This document shows positions 49,588-62,475 of a stretch of DNA of 64,000 nucleotides, piece after piece. Both the position numbers and the translations under genes were made by a program. The notes beneath the pieces are model-generated. The model was not told the DNA's origin, searched no databases, and saw only the letters and a program-made list of their open reading frames with translations. Positions within the stretch are counted from its first letter, which is position 1. Each line of letters begins with the position of its first letter. Origin of the DNA: Microbotryum violaceum (taxonomy: Eukaryota); NCBI GenBank assembly GCA_001244265.2, contig CDLV01000018.1, positions 310,001-374,000 on the forward strand, written 5' to 3'.

Positions 49588-51617
49588 ATGCAACGCGATC
49601 TCCTCAAAGCCAAATTCTCCAAATTACCCCAACTTGCCGCGCTCGATGAACAAGGCAATGAACTTTGCGAAGGGAGGAAGGAGTAGGCGTCCCAGCTCGT
49701 GTGCCAGTCGAGGCTCAACCTCAGCACGATGACGACCATGACGAGGAAGAGGACGAAGAGGACGAAGAGGACGAGGACGAGGACGAAGAGGACGATGACG
49801 AGGAAGAGGAGCGCGATTACTTCCCCTCTTCCTTGCCCATTCGAGGGAGCACTCTATCGAATAGGTGCGTCTTTCTCGTCCTGTAGGGCCCACAAGTTGC
49901 AGGAACTGATCGAGTTGACTAGAAAGTGGACAACAGACCACGACACTTGATCGGCAGTAGTGGTCGTACAAACAAGGATTATTCGCCCCTCACAGCGGAA
50001 CGATACTTCACTTCCGCTTTGGAGGTTGACGTCGAGGAAGAGGAATCAAAATCGACCTTTAGGGTTTACTATACCCCCCCTGTACCTACTGGAGCTTCGA
50101 CGTCCACCCGACCGAACAACGACGACGACTTCCCAAGTGGGGGTGTAGATGATTCGGACGGCGCACGCACCGTCTTCGTTTGTGTTCATGGTGCAGGTTA
50201 CTCGGGCTTGGCCTTTGCTTGCTTGGCTCAGCAAGTGACTGAAAAGAGTAGAGCCAAGGTCGGGGTGTTGAGTTATGATGCGAGAGGCCATGGCCAGTCT
50301 TGCACGATCGGAGTGGAGCGTTAAGCATCCTGAAACTGACCCTCTCTCGGGATTCGATCTCTCTCTCTGATCGTTGGTCGGTACTCGGTCTTCAGGGAAG
50401 ACGAAAGCTTCGGCAGAGGACATGTCCCTGGAACGATTGGTCCAAGACCTAATCGATCTACTCAAATCGATGTTCAAAACCGCCGACTCGTCTTCACCAC
50501 TCCCAAGTTTCATCCTCATCGGCCACTCTATGGTAAGCCCCTGGTCCCGTCCCATCTCAGAAAGACTGGTCTGAGCATTCAGCTTCAAATGTAAAAAAGA
50601 CACTGATTTTTTGGATGAAACTCGGCGATCGCGACGCCACAGGGCGGTGCAGTCGTCTCGACGGCTTGTAATCGGATACAAGCCGAGATCGGCACCGTCA
50701 TTGGCGTGGTTGTGATTGACGTCGTTGAAGGTAAGACCCAAGCGAGCCGCTTCTCATCGAGCCCCACATATTACATTCGTAGAACCTGACTGTCTGGACA
50801 CCTGAATTTGCGTGGAGTCAGGCACCGCTATCGATGCCCTCACTTCGATGGGGTCCATCGTCGCCGCTCGACCGAAAGGATTTCCTTCCATCGAGAACGC
50901 CATCGAATGGCAGTGAGTCACGCCTCCACCTTACCTCTTTCCTCCTTTTGCCTGACCAATCCCGCATCCCCTTACCTTGTTCACCTCCAAAAAAGCGTCC
51001 GAACGAAAACGCTCAATAATCTCGCCTCGGCACGAATCTCGGTCCCTCCTTTACTTTACCTAGACCGTTCCGCTCAAGATGATGAACAAGAGTCTGCACG
51101 AACCAAGTACCTCTGGAGAGCCAATCTAAGCTCTACAGAACCATTCTGGCGAGGTCGGTCTCATAGTTCCCCCCCCCCCCCCCCTCTAATCAGCTACGGG
51201 ACAAACAACTTGGGCACAAGCTCACCCCAACTTTTCTTCGAAAAATATATATAGGCTGGTTCACGAACCTTTCCTCCAAGTTCCTCTCTTGTCGTTGCGC
51301 CAAATTACTCCTTCTCGCAGGTGCCGAAACGTTAGATAAGGAATTGATGATCGGTCAAATGCAGGGCAAGTATCAACTTGAGGTGATTACGCAAAGTGGG
51401 CATTGCGTACAAGAGGTGAGTGAGCTTTGTTCTCGACGGGTCGGCGAGTGAAGGGGGTAGGTGCTGATGAAAAGGGGGGGGGGGCCGGGGGCTTTCTTTT
51501 GATTTGGGAGGATGAAAGGATCATCCAGGGCAAACGGCGGATTTGTTACTTGCGTTCTGGCAAAGGAATGATCGGACTGACATCCTCAAAGGTGTCAAGA
51601 AAGTTGGGCAAGTCTGA
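49588..51617 (+). CDS. PPE1: Protein phosphatase methylesterase 1
   Basis: VFVCVHGAGYSGLAFACLA, YDARGHG, LIGHSM-GGAV, VIDVVEGTA, LDKELMIGQMQGKYQL, GHCVQED. An apparent 1-nt frame break lies near 49672. Confidence 0.88.
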
Positions 51618-51783
51618 AGGTCCCATTCAAATTATGGCGGGAGGAGACAAACGTTTTTCCCTTTCATGCTTGCTCTCGGATTCTTTCTTCGTTCATCAAC
51701 TTTTAGTGTGATCGTGTTGGGTAATTGCAGAATGGGTTTCGGAGAAGCACAAGTCCACGAGAAGGGATGTTGGGCAATCCTGT

Positions 51784-53109
51784 TTAGTGCTCTATTGAAA
51801 GTACATCAAAGGGTCCAACATGTCAACGGCGATTGAACCCAAAAGACCTTAGAAGCCAGCCAATTCAACTCACTAAGCACCTCCTTGCTAAGGACTTTCC
51901 CGTTCGCGTCCAACTTGTAAACGATCGGCACCCCAGTCGACAACTCAACCTTCAAGATCTCCTCGCCGGACAAGCCCTCCAAGGCCATGATCATCGCCCT
52001 CAAGGAGTTACCATGAGCAGCGACGAGAACCTTTTCACCCTTTGCGAGACGGGGCTTGATTTCGGATTCGTAGTAAGGCAACACTCGGTCGGCGGTCAAC
52101 TTGAGCGATTCTCCGCCGGGGGGAGGTACATCGAACGAACGGCGCCAGATGTGCACTTGCTCTTCGCCGAACTTTTTGCGGGCTGGGGGTTCGGGTCGGG
52201 TGAAGAAGAATAGGTTCAACAAGGGATCTTGGGACCGTTGCTCGAGCCTAGCCTGACAGACTGAGCTAAGAACTGATCATCCGGAAAAGGAAAACTGACC
52301 ATCGTCCTTGTTCAAACCGGTCAAATCACCATAATCACGCTCGTTCAACTTTTCACTCTTGAAAGTTTCCAAGTCTTCCTGACCAATCTCCTTGAGGATG
52401 ATGGCGAGGGTATCGTTCGCACGCTTGAGGACCGAAGTGAAGGCGACGTCGAAATGGGCGTGACCACCTTTCTTCAAGGCTTGGGCCCCAGCGAGCGCTT
52501 CGGATCGACCGACTTCGGTCAGTTCGGGGTTCTTCCAACCGGTGAAGAGGTTTAACTGGAGTAAAGGAAGAGCGCGAGGGGGTGATTAGGGGGATGGTGC
52601 TTCTTGTGGTCAAGGGCGAGGTACGGGTGGGTTCAGTTGGGGAGAACTGACCTTGTTCCATTCGGATTCTCCGTGTCTAATCAGGTCAAAGTGACGGGCA
52701 GGTTCGTCAGTATTGGCTCGTATTAGGACGCTTAAGCGAGACAACGGGGCAGTATCGGTCGGTTGGTCGGTCGGACACGTTATCCTATGCCACTTGGCGG
52801 CTAAGGATCTCAACGGCCACTGGAAAGAGAACTAGGATCACTCACCGGACGAGGACGAGCTACGGATGAGCGAATTGATGGTAGGTCAAGGGGTAGGGCG
52901 TGGTTGGGGGTTCATGGTCAGTTTTCAGCAAGGTTCGGAGGTTCCGGTTTATCGCCCCGTTGGCGGCGGGTGTGCGGTGTGGTGTGGACGCGGGCGGAAT
53001 CGGACTCACTTCGGCCCTGTGGAATAGGCAAGAAGTGAGGTTAGTACATCAGAAAGATCAGGCTTGGAGCGCATGGCTTGATCTGAACTCTCACGCCGGC
53101 TGCTCACAT
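51784..53109 (-). CDS. GPM1: Cofactor-dependent phosphoglycerate mutase
   Basis: Micro-exons assemble [29 protein letters not shown]...[14 protein letters not shown]...[15 protein letters not shown]...AAHGNSLR...KEVLKH*. Confidence 0.93.
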
Positions 53110-53467
53110 GATAGATAGATCAGTAGGGGTGTCAAGTGATGAGCGTAAGAGAGCAAAGCGGTGACCACTGACCGAGGACTGATCGATCAAGCTCACGTGA
53201 ATCACAAATTTCCGCACGCATTGTTTTGTTATGAAGTGGGTGGTTCTTTTTGTTTTTATGTCCACGTGACTTGTTGAATACCAGTAATGATGTTGTGCTC
53301 CAGTAGCTCAAATTCCTGAATAGGAGACTTGCATGCGCCAAACAATTCGATCCGATTCCTATTGATCCCTTTTACTAATAGCGTTTAGGACCGTCATTAA
53401 ATCAGGTCGGACGCTGTCACGCGCGCCAAGAGCCTGCAGGCGGGTGCTTGCCTCCTTCCACTCTGTT

Positions 53468-53468
<1 letters not shown>

Positions 53469-53528
<60 letters not shown>
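53469..53528. repeat. (CA)n microsatellite (~30 units) in the GPM1/FZO1 divergent region
   Basis: Direct reading. Confidence 0.95.
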
Positions 53529-53532
<4 letters not shown>

Positions 53533-53647
53533 TTTCTCACCTTCACCCATCACTACAGCCAACCCAAGTCGATCTACCGACATCCCACTCGTCTTGCTCA
53601 GCCTTGTTGAGGCCGGTCGATTGGGTGTGGGCAATCCAGTGACGACA

Positions 53648-56600
53648 ATGGCCCAACACTCGCTGCCGCACTCGGTCTCGCACGCCAGATCGCGATCTCA
53701 GTCCAGCCAGTCCAGTCAACACTCGACTGATGGCTTCCCCTTTGAGCTGCAGTCCCCATCGTCGACCCAATTCGGCTCGATGCCTTCGACGCCCAAGTCG
53801 ACCTCGTTCGGCGGCACGGTCGCCTCGCCGAGTGTCAGGGGCAGCACGGCGACGAGCACGACCCTCAGCGGCTCCGTCTTTGGCGTGACCAAGGACGACA
53901 TGGCCCGTCATCTGGACGAGCAGGCCTCGTTCGCCACAAAGAGGGAGACGTGAGTCCACACCATCCGGCACACTCGTTCAGTCCGACAGCAGTAGCTCAT
54001 ATATACATTGCCCACTCTCTCTCTCATGCTCTAACCCCGCTCCTTGCCCATCCTGAACGTGAACGCTCACCCGATCCTGACCGATCGGGGCTCGTCCGGC
54101 CTTGGCGGTCGCGACCATCCCTCGACGATCACAGTCTCGTCCGTTCGCTCGATTCGACCACGGCCCTCGTCAAAAGCTTGGCTGCGTTCAATCAAGAGAA
54201 ATGTGAGTTGGGATGTTGAGACTCTGCGTGGCGTTCGAGCTCAAAGCCGTTACCGGACGCCTGCGGTCATCGCTCGGCACGCGACGTCGATGGTCAGGCG
54301 GCCCTACACCCCATGTCAGAAGGTCGCAGCCTCAGAAAGGGGTCTCGCTCTGAAATCATTTCGAAAACACTTTCGATTGTCCACAAGTACAAGCATGTTC
54401 TGGCCTTACATGACAGACACTGACCTCGGCGCCTGCTTCCGCCTTACGCTGCGGCTCCTGTTTCTGCGCTCACCAGGGACGATTCACTATCCTCATCAAC
54501 TCGGCGTCGACGCGACCTCGAACGGCTCGCAACGGGACCCGCTCGTGACTCCCGTGCGATCATCGTCCGCTCGTCTCCCCGCTTTGCGTCGAAGCGCCAC
54601 ACTGCAGCCGAGCGAAGGCGCGGCCGATGACAGTCCCGACGAGCACTCGGCCTCACCGAAGCGGCCCTCATCGCAGAGAGCATGGTCGACGGTTGACACC
54701 CCGAGTAACACCACCGCTCCAGCTTCCACATCATCCCTCGTGGCCCCGGCCCACCCGCTCTCCATATTGTCGCTCGACCTCAAGCTCGGCCACCCCGCTG
54801 CAGCAACGGCCGCTTTGCCGGCTCTGCTCCCCTCGCTCTCGGTCGCCACCTTGTCGCAGCTCCTGTCGCGTCGTCTGACCTCGTCGTTGACCCACATCTC
54901 GTCCCTGCGCTCGCGTGTGGTCGATACCAACTCGCGCATCCTCGTCACCGGTGATCTGAATGCCGGCAAATCGACCTTCGTGAACGCCTTGCTCCGCCGC
55001 GATCTCATGCCGTCGGACCAACAACCATGCACGGCCGTCTTTTGCGAAGTGCTCGACGCGTCCAACTTCAATCACGGCGTCGAGGGATTGCATGCGATCC
55101 GTGATATTGGCGCCTACGACCCGACCAAACCCGAGACATTCGATTCGTTCGACCTAACCCAGGTCCAGGAAGTGCAGGACGCCGAGGAGCCGTACCAGAT
55201 CATCAAGGCGTACGTCCACGACAACCGCGCACCCGCAGTCGAGACCGAGCCGAACCCGTCATTCATCAAGAATGGCCTCGTGTCCATCTCGCTCATCGAC
55301 GCCCCTGGTCTCAACCGCGACACGCTTTCGACGACGGCCTTGTTCGCACGCCAGTCCGAGATTGACGTCATCGTTTTCGTCGTCTCGGCCGAGAATCACT
55401 TCACCCTTTCGGCCAAGGAGTTCTTGTGGAACGCCAGTCGCGAAAAGGCGTACGTTTTTATCGTCGTCAACAAATGGGGCGCGATCAAGGACAAGGCGCG
55501 TTGCATGCGCCTCGTTGGCCAGCAGATCAAGCAACTTTCTCCCGCGACATGGGAGGCCCGTCACGAGCTCGTGCACTTTGTCGACGCCGCCGATGTTGTC
55601 GAATCGGACTCTGCCGCACCTGCCCAAGTCACCGTCGTGGAGGATTGCAAATTCGCCGAGGAGAATGGCGATGAGAAGGAGCCGACCGCGTTCGATCTAC
55701 TCGAGCAGTCTTTGCGCTCGTTCGTCTTGCTCAAGCGAACGACCTCGAAGCTCGCTCCGGCCAAAAACTATCTGCTCAATCTTTTGGCTGATCTGTCGAC
55801 CTTGGCCGAGACCAACCTCACTGCTGCCTCGGATCAACTCGCCGAGGCTTTGCGTCAATTGGAACGCGTGCGACCCATCCACGAGCGACTGAGCGCTCAA
55901 CGCGACGAAGTCGAGGCCGGCGTGGACCGTGTCGAGGAGACCGCGGTCGAGGCCGTTCGCTCATCAGCGTGGAGTCGACTCGAGCGTGCGTTGGGCTACG
56001 TCGCCGAAGGTCAAGTCGTCCCTCCCCAAGCAAGCGATGCGAACCGACGGAGATTTGAAGACGCGGATCAACTCGTCGCGCCGACGAGCTTGCCCGAGTA
56101 CGCTGGCCTCGTTGGTCTGTGGGACTGGGCGAACGAGGTCAAGAAGACGTTGGTCAAGGCCCTTGAAGCTGAGGTGCGCATCGCCGAGGACGAGGCGAGA
56201 ATCGAAACCAGTGCCGGCGTCGAACAGGTCATGCATGGCTTGGGCGAGCGCTATCTCCCCTCTGCGGCCGTTGAAGAGCGCACCGCGGTTGCTGCTCAGG
56301 ACGGTCAAGACCCTGTCGGGGGTCATGTCGCTGCCGCGACACCAAAGAAGCAGGACCGAGTCTTCCGACCCGAGGTCATGTTCGCCAAGCGCCGTCGTGG
56401 TATTGGACGTCTCGCCGCTCGAGGTGTCAGCACGGGTCTCGGATTGGGCACGGGCGCTACGGGCCTTTCGTCAACCTCGTGGTCCGCGACGGACTTTGAA
56501 GTCTCAATCTTTGACCTGTTCGATCTCGAGCGCCTCTACTCGCATGGCTCGCGACTGAGGGGCAAGAAGACGCCTGATGATGACCTCGTCGAAACGAGTA

Positions 56601-57139
56601 CGATCCTCGGTCTCGGCGTGGGCACGATCGGGATGCTCGGTAGTCGCGTCATTGGCGTCAAGGGTACGATGGACTCGATCACGCGCATCTTTGAGGTGCT
56701 CGGTAGCGACAAGGCCAAGAAGCTGGCTGCTCCCATCCTGGGTCTCATCACCGTCGGTTTCGTCACGTATGTGATCGTGGACTTGCCGAGGGCGATTCCT
56801 CGCAACATTGGTCGCAAGTTGCAAGCCTCGCTCGCTTCGTCCGATGCGCTCGTACTGGCCCCTTCATCAGCTTCGGCGGCTTCTACAACAGCTACACAAC
56901 CGCCCGTAAGCTTTGCCTCGGCTCATTCTGAACGCATCGCCCGGGAAACGCGCAAAGTCTTGCGCTTGGCCGGATGGGATCTGAGGGAGAGGTTCCGCGC
57001 TGCTTTGGATCAATCCGCTGCTGAACGTAAGGAGGTCGAATCAACGGTTAACAAGACCGAAGGTGCACTCAAGTGGTTGGCCGAATTCGAGAACAAGGTC
57101 GCACAGGAGGATAGCAAGGTCGAATCCGTTGTCGTTTGA
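53648..57139 (+). CDS. FZO1: Mitofusin, dynamin-like GTPase
   Basis: RILVTGDLNAGKSTFVNALLRR, DQQPCTAVFCEV, LIDAPGLN, EIDVIVFVVSAENHFTLSAKEFL, FIVVNKW; C-terminal TM segments. Confidence 0.94.
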
Positions 57140-57764
57140 GCAGGCTTCGAGTTCTCGTCTAGTTTGTTTTCTGATGACTTGTCGAAGGTGTTTTTCTAGT
57201 TATCACACCTCGCTCCCTCCACTCGTTTATTTACGTTCCCGTTGCACATATGGTCTTTCTGTATACTTGTAATGACAGCCTTGACGATTAACTCCCCTCC
57301 CAACTCTGCATGCTCTGCAAGCTGCGTGCGAGAGACTTCTGGTCGATCGACCTGCAGGAGATGCAGGAGAGCTGGTTTCACTCCGTAGCTTGGAAAAATG
57401 TCCAAGCGGCATCATGTGACCTGATGAGCAAGTAGAGTCTCAACTTGGGCGACCGATCTAGGTGTGAAATCAGCGACAGGCTGTGCTCCGGTTACCACTC
57501 GCACGCCGGTAGCCGTCAAGGACATGCGGCGATGCGCACGCTACGGCCTTCGGCGACGTTGCGCGGCCTCGGGCCGGCCTGTGGCCCAAAAAGAACGAGG
57601 CAGCAATGACGGCGACAGGTCCGGACTTACTTTGATCATCGTCCCCCCTCTCACCCACATCCCTCCCCATAAAGGTCGGTCCATCGTGCCTTGGACAGTC
57701 TCTGTTGAACAGTTCACTGTACTTAGGTAGAGGTAGTGGATCGACAGACAGCCTTATAACGACC

Positions 57765-60737
57765 ATGCCTCCCACTTCGCCCGCCCCATTGGTCAAGGCC
57801 GCTCCTTCACCGCGGGAGACCATGTCCCGTGAGCGTGAAAATTGCCCCTTTGACGTGCGCAGAATGACGTACGCGATGGGCGGTGGACAAAAGGGTAAGT
57901 GTTCAGTTAAGCCCTTTGGTTACTTTATCGATTGGATTGGTGGTATGGGACGGTATAGTACAGTACACGCGGTACGCTTTCTCCCGATCTCCGGTTCCCG
58001 GAATCGGACCACACTTTGACCACGCCGGTGATCCCAAGTCGTCTAGACATTCGGGGGTTCGGGCTATCTGCACGTCGCGCCTTGTTGCTCGACATCGGCA
58101 CCCTGATTTTAATGTACTTTTCGAACGATATCCACCTCTTGGGACGATTCAAGTTGGACCCGACTGGATCTTTTGCGTCGATCGGGTCATAGAGTCGTCA
58201 CTGACACGTGAAAGTCGATTCCTCACCCTTCAATTTCCCCCCTTTTCCCGTTCCGTGCTTTCCCACAGATGTCGAACTCAAGGAGATGTTCATGCAGGTG
58301 CGTTGATCGTCCCGGTGAATGTGGATGCTTTGAGCACCTCAGAACTGGTCACTAATACGAGCTTTGTGAAGTGGACAGGACATTGAGCGAGACCCTCTCT
58401 TCAAGGTGGGGGGCGGCGATATCATGCCGGCACTTTTCGCGATCGGGGAGGAATTTACTGATGATGGTTTTGCTCTGTTTAGCTTGCCGATATTCATGAC
58501 TTGACCAAGAACCAAATTCGAGAACGAACCATGGCCAAGTTGTACGTCTTTCATCGAGGGAGGCTTTGGCGTCTCCGGCGTGAAAAAGTGGCTCATCCGT
58601 TTTATCGTACCCTCTCATCGCAGTGCCACGATGGTTCACTACGTGCTCAACGAACGCCTCGACGTTTTTACCAAGCGCATGGAACTCGTCGGTATCGCCG
58701 ATCCTTCATTCTGGACCCGCTACGGTGTGCATTACGGTCTCTTTCTAGGCGCGATCCGATCCGCCGCGACCGCGAATCAATTCTCTTACTGGCTCGAGAA
58801 GGGTGTCTTGGGTCTCAACGGAATGGTCGGTTGCTTCGGTATGACCGAGTTGGCTCATGGTTCCAACGTCGCTGGGTTAGAGACGACCGCGACTTTTGAC
58901 GAGACGACGGACGAGTTCGTCATTCATACGCCTTCGGTCTCGGCGACCAAATGGTGGATTGGTGGTGCGGCCCAAACGGCTACGCATTGCGCCGTATTTG
59001 CTCAGCTTGTCATCAAGGGCAAGATGCATGGCGTCAAGACGTTCATTACCCCTCTTCGTAACCCCAAGTGAGTTCAACGGCGGCACTGCACAAGGCTTTG
59101 ATCTAGTCTCGAGCTGATGAGATCGTTCGTGTTCTTTCAGGACTTTTGCTCTCCTCCCCGGTGTTGCTATTGGAGACATTGGCAAGAAGATGGGTCGAGA
59201 CGGTATCGATAACGGATGGATGTGAGTGGGCTCTTGAACCAATCCGCCTGACAGGATGCTGAATCCCTTCTCCGCCATCCATAGCCAATTCACAAACGTC
59301 CGAATCCCTCGCCACTACATGCTGATGAAGCACACCCAAGTCACTCGAGACGGTAGCGTGCAAGAACCCCCTTTGGCCGCGTTGACGTACGGTGCTTTGC
59401 TTCAGGGCCGTACAGCGATGGTCGCCGATGCGGCCAACGTTTCCAAGAAAGCGCTCGTGATTGCGATCCGGTACGCCATCGTACGCCGTCAGTTCAAGTC
59501 CGGGAATCGCGATGTCGAGACGCAAATCATCGATTATCCAATCCATCAACGTCGTTTGTTGCCTTTGCTCGCCCAAGCCGTCGCGATGGGCTTCACCGCG
59601 TTGCAGATGACGACCATGTTCGAGACGCTTTCGGGTCAACTCGAATCGTTGGGTCCCGATTCGCCGCCCGAAGAAACCAAAGAGGTACTCGAGAAACTCA
59701 AGGAGGTACACGCCACTTCGGCCGGTTTGAAGGCGTTCTGCACCTGGAACGGCCTCGAAACGATCGAAAAGTGTCGCGCGAGTTGCGGTGGTCATGGTTA
59801 CTCGGCCTATACCGGTTTGGCGAGCATGTACAACGACCAGGCCGTACAGTGCACGTGGGAGGGAGACAACACCATCTTGACGTTACAGGCTGGTCGATCA
59901 TTGATCACGGCTTATGCCGATGCCAAGGCCGGTCAAAGCTTGCCAGGTGGAACGGCTTACCTCAACCGCTTGCCCGAAATCTTGTCACGCAAGTGCCCTT
60001 CGGATGACAAGGCGCTCGATGCCGAAGTCCTCGGTGAAGCATGGGCGGTCGCTGCTGCCAATTCGGTCAAAAACGCTGCCGAACGTTTCGAACAATACCT
60101 CGCCGAGGGTAAGGAGAAGGACGAGGCGATGGAGTTGACCTCACAAGAACGATTCGTCGCGGCCAAGGTTCACACTGCAGGTTACATTTACCGTCGTTTC
60201 GTTGATGCGGTCAAGGAGTTGTCCGCTACGGAGGACCCTTCGAACGGGGTCGTTGCGACGTTGGAGAAGATCTGTCGCTTGTACGGTGCTTGGTCGATCG
60301 AAGAGAACGCGGGTCAGTTCCTCAAGTACGAGTTCTACACGCCTAAACAGATGGATCGTATCACGGCCGAAGTGACGTCCTTGTGTGGCGAGTTACGTCA
60401 CTGCGCCGCTTCACTCGTCGATGCGTTCAACTACTCGGATCACATCATCAATTCCCCTCTGGGTGTTTATTCCGGCGATGTCTACAAGGTGTACTTTGAC
60501 CGCGTAAGGGAATCGAACCCGCACGAAACGGTGCACCCTTACTTTGAACGGATCATCAAACCTTTGATCGAACGTGAACCGCTCGAGATCGTAGACGCTG
60601 ATGATGTCGGCTTGGACGAGGAGATTGATGAGATTAGGGAGGAGAGGGAGGAGGCTAAGAAGGAGGCCGAGGAGGCGAAGAATGAGGGGGTGCAGAAGGA
60701 GATTCAGGAGGAGGTCGATAATCAACGAAAGGATTGA
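57765..60737 (+). CDS. POX1: Peroxisomal acyl-CoA oxidase
   Basis: [75 protein letters not shown]. Confidence 0.95.
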
Positions 60738-60988
60738 GGGGGCGGAGTCGGATGGTTCTCTTTTCTTTCTTATGTAATTGGTTTTTGTCGAATAAAATAT
60801 TAGATACATAAGCTGGAATGCGTGAGAGAGTGGTATCGACCTGTCGTTGACCAGGATCAAAAGTAGACCGAGCGAGCGCAAGGACCCAAGTCACGTTACT
60901 TGGCCCGTCCGTCTCTGCCTTACCCCTGGCTTCTTTGTGCCACAACCATCACGGCGCTATAGGCTCGGACCGCTCGAGTTGCGGCTGT

Positions 60989-62254
60989 ATGAGCTCGACT
61001 TTCTTTACCTCACCAATCGCATCAACCTCGTCATCCACTGCGTCGTCTAACTCGCTGGAGGATCCTCCACCCTCAATCTCAAACTCGTCCTCGTCCCAGC
61101 TGACTTCATCCTCCGTCGCCCACTTCTCTGCCCAAGCCACCACCACCACTACACCCTCAAATCCAACCCCCAAAGTAATCATCCCTTTCCGAGCTTTCTC
61201 CCCACCTAAATGGATCTTCTCCCACCCCTCCACCTCCACTCAAACTGGCGATGACGACATTCAACCTCCCACGGTGGCCAACTCCAGTACCTCGTTCTAC
61301 GATCCACATCGATCTATCCGTGGGGAGGTTGAGGAACATTATAGAGAGAGGTTCCCTGCTTATGCGCCAAAGAGACCTGGCATACGGTTCGTCAAGGCGA
61401 CAATGCCTGTCCTAAACGGCAGGGAAGTCGGAGGCGAAGATTCGAGCGTAGTAGTGGAGGCGAATCAAAGTAGAGGGGAGATAGCTCAAGTCTCGAAAGG
61501 GATTCAAGTCAGAGGATTGTACGAAAATCTCGTCGGAATTAACGCTCCACCTCGTCTCGTCGAAAAGTTGGATTCGGTTCGGAAACCTTCAAGGATTTCT
61601 TCTTCACCCTCTCGCGAATCAAAACTAGTCGATCTTGATCTCACAAGTGATCAATACGACTCGGACTCGGACTCCGTTTCGGATGAGAATGAGGACATCA
61701 TCATTTTAGATCCTCTAACTCGACTCCCCGAACCGAAGTTACTGCCTAACCCACTACCTCGGACCAAGCGAGCTCGACCGAACGCACCTCTTCATCGAGC
61801 GATTCACGAATTACTCCCTTCTCAACCCTTGGGCGACCCTATAGCTCCACAAGACCAAGTTCAAACACAAGGGATCGTCCCTTTAGTCCCACCAACGTAT
61901 TACGCTATCCCTTCGACGAATATAGGATGGAGGATTTTACAAAGACAAGGGTGGAAAGAAGGGGGTTCTTTAGGCTCCGTCCAACAGGGCGAAGGAGGAG
62001 GGTCTGAACAAGGCAGGGGTTTGAAAGTCCCTTTGAAGGCGAGTGATAAGTTTGATAGGAAGGGGTTGGGCAACAAGCTCAAGGGTGATGTGGAAGAGGG
62101 GGCTTTGAAAGAGTGGAAGAAGGAGAAGGAGAGGAAGAGGAGGGACTTGGTGGAGGTGGAGAAGAGGGGTAAAGGGAGTAGGGAGATTGAAATGAGGCAG
62201 AGGCAGGAGATGAAGGATAGGAAGGAGTTGTTGGCTTATATGAATAGGGATTGA
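60989..62254 (+). CDS. G-patch domain protein
   Basis: IPSTNIGWRILQRQGWKEGGSLG...DRKGLG in a single long ORF. Confidence 0.85.
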   Translation: MSSTFFTSPIASTSSSTASSNSLEDPPPSISNSSSSQLTSSSVAHFSAQATTTTTPSNPTPKVIIPFRAFSPPKWIFSHPSTSTQTGDDDIQPPTVANSSTSFYDPHRSIRGEVEEHYRERFPAYAPKRPGIRFVKATMPVLNGREVGGEDSSVVVEANQSRGEIAQVSKGIQVRGLYENLVGINAPPRLVEKLDSVRKPSRISSSPSRESKLVDLDLTSDQYDSDSDSVSDENEDIIILDPLTRLPEPKLLPNPLPRTKRARPNAPLHRAIHELLPSQPLGDPIAPQDQVQTQGIVPLVPPTYYAIPSTNIGWRILQRQGWKEGGSLGSVQQGEGGGSEQGRGLKVPLKASDKFDRKGLGNKLKGDVEEGALKEWKKEKERKRRDLVEVEKRGKGSREIEMRQRQEMKDRKELLAYMNRD

Positions 62255-62475
62255 AAGAGGATATTGCTTGTATGTTGTAATACAGAGAGTACGCAGCAAG
62301 AGGCTTCGAGATTACTCGATCAGGAGGCCAAGAACTTTCACATGCTGGACCAAATACAAGCACAGTTGATGCACGGTATGAGCTATGTCGCAAAACGTTT
62401 ATAATCTACAACGATACAACAATCCTTACCCCGGTAGATACTCTGTCTCGAAGACAGGTCTAGCGGCCTCGCCAC

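Noticed and set aside
51660-51873. Cryptic peroxisomal isoform of GPM1 via alternative last-intron splicing
   Set aside because: Retention ends CWTL, the main acceptor ends KH and the downstream CAG acceptor ends RSH; no PTS1 was found.
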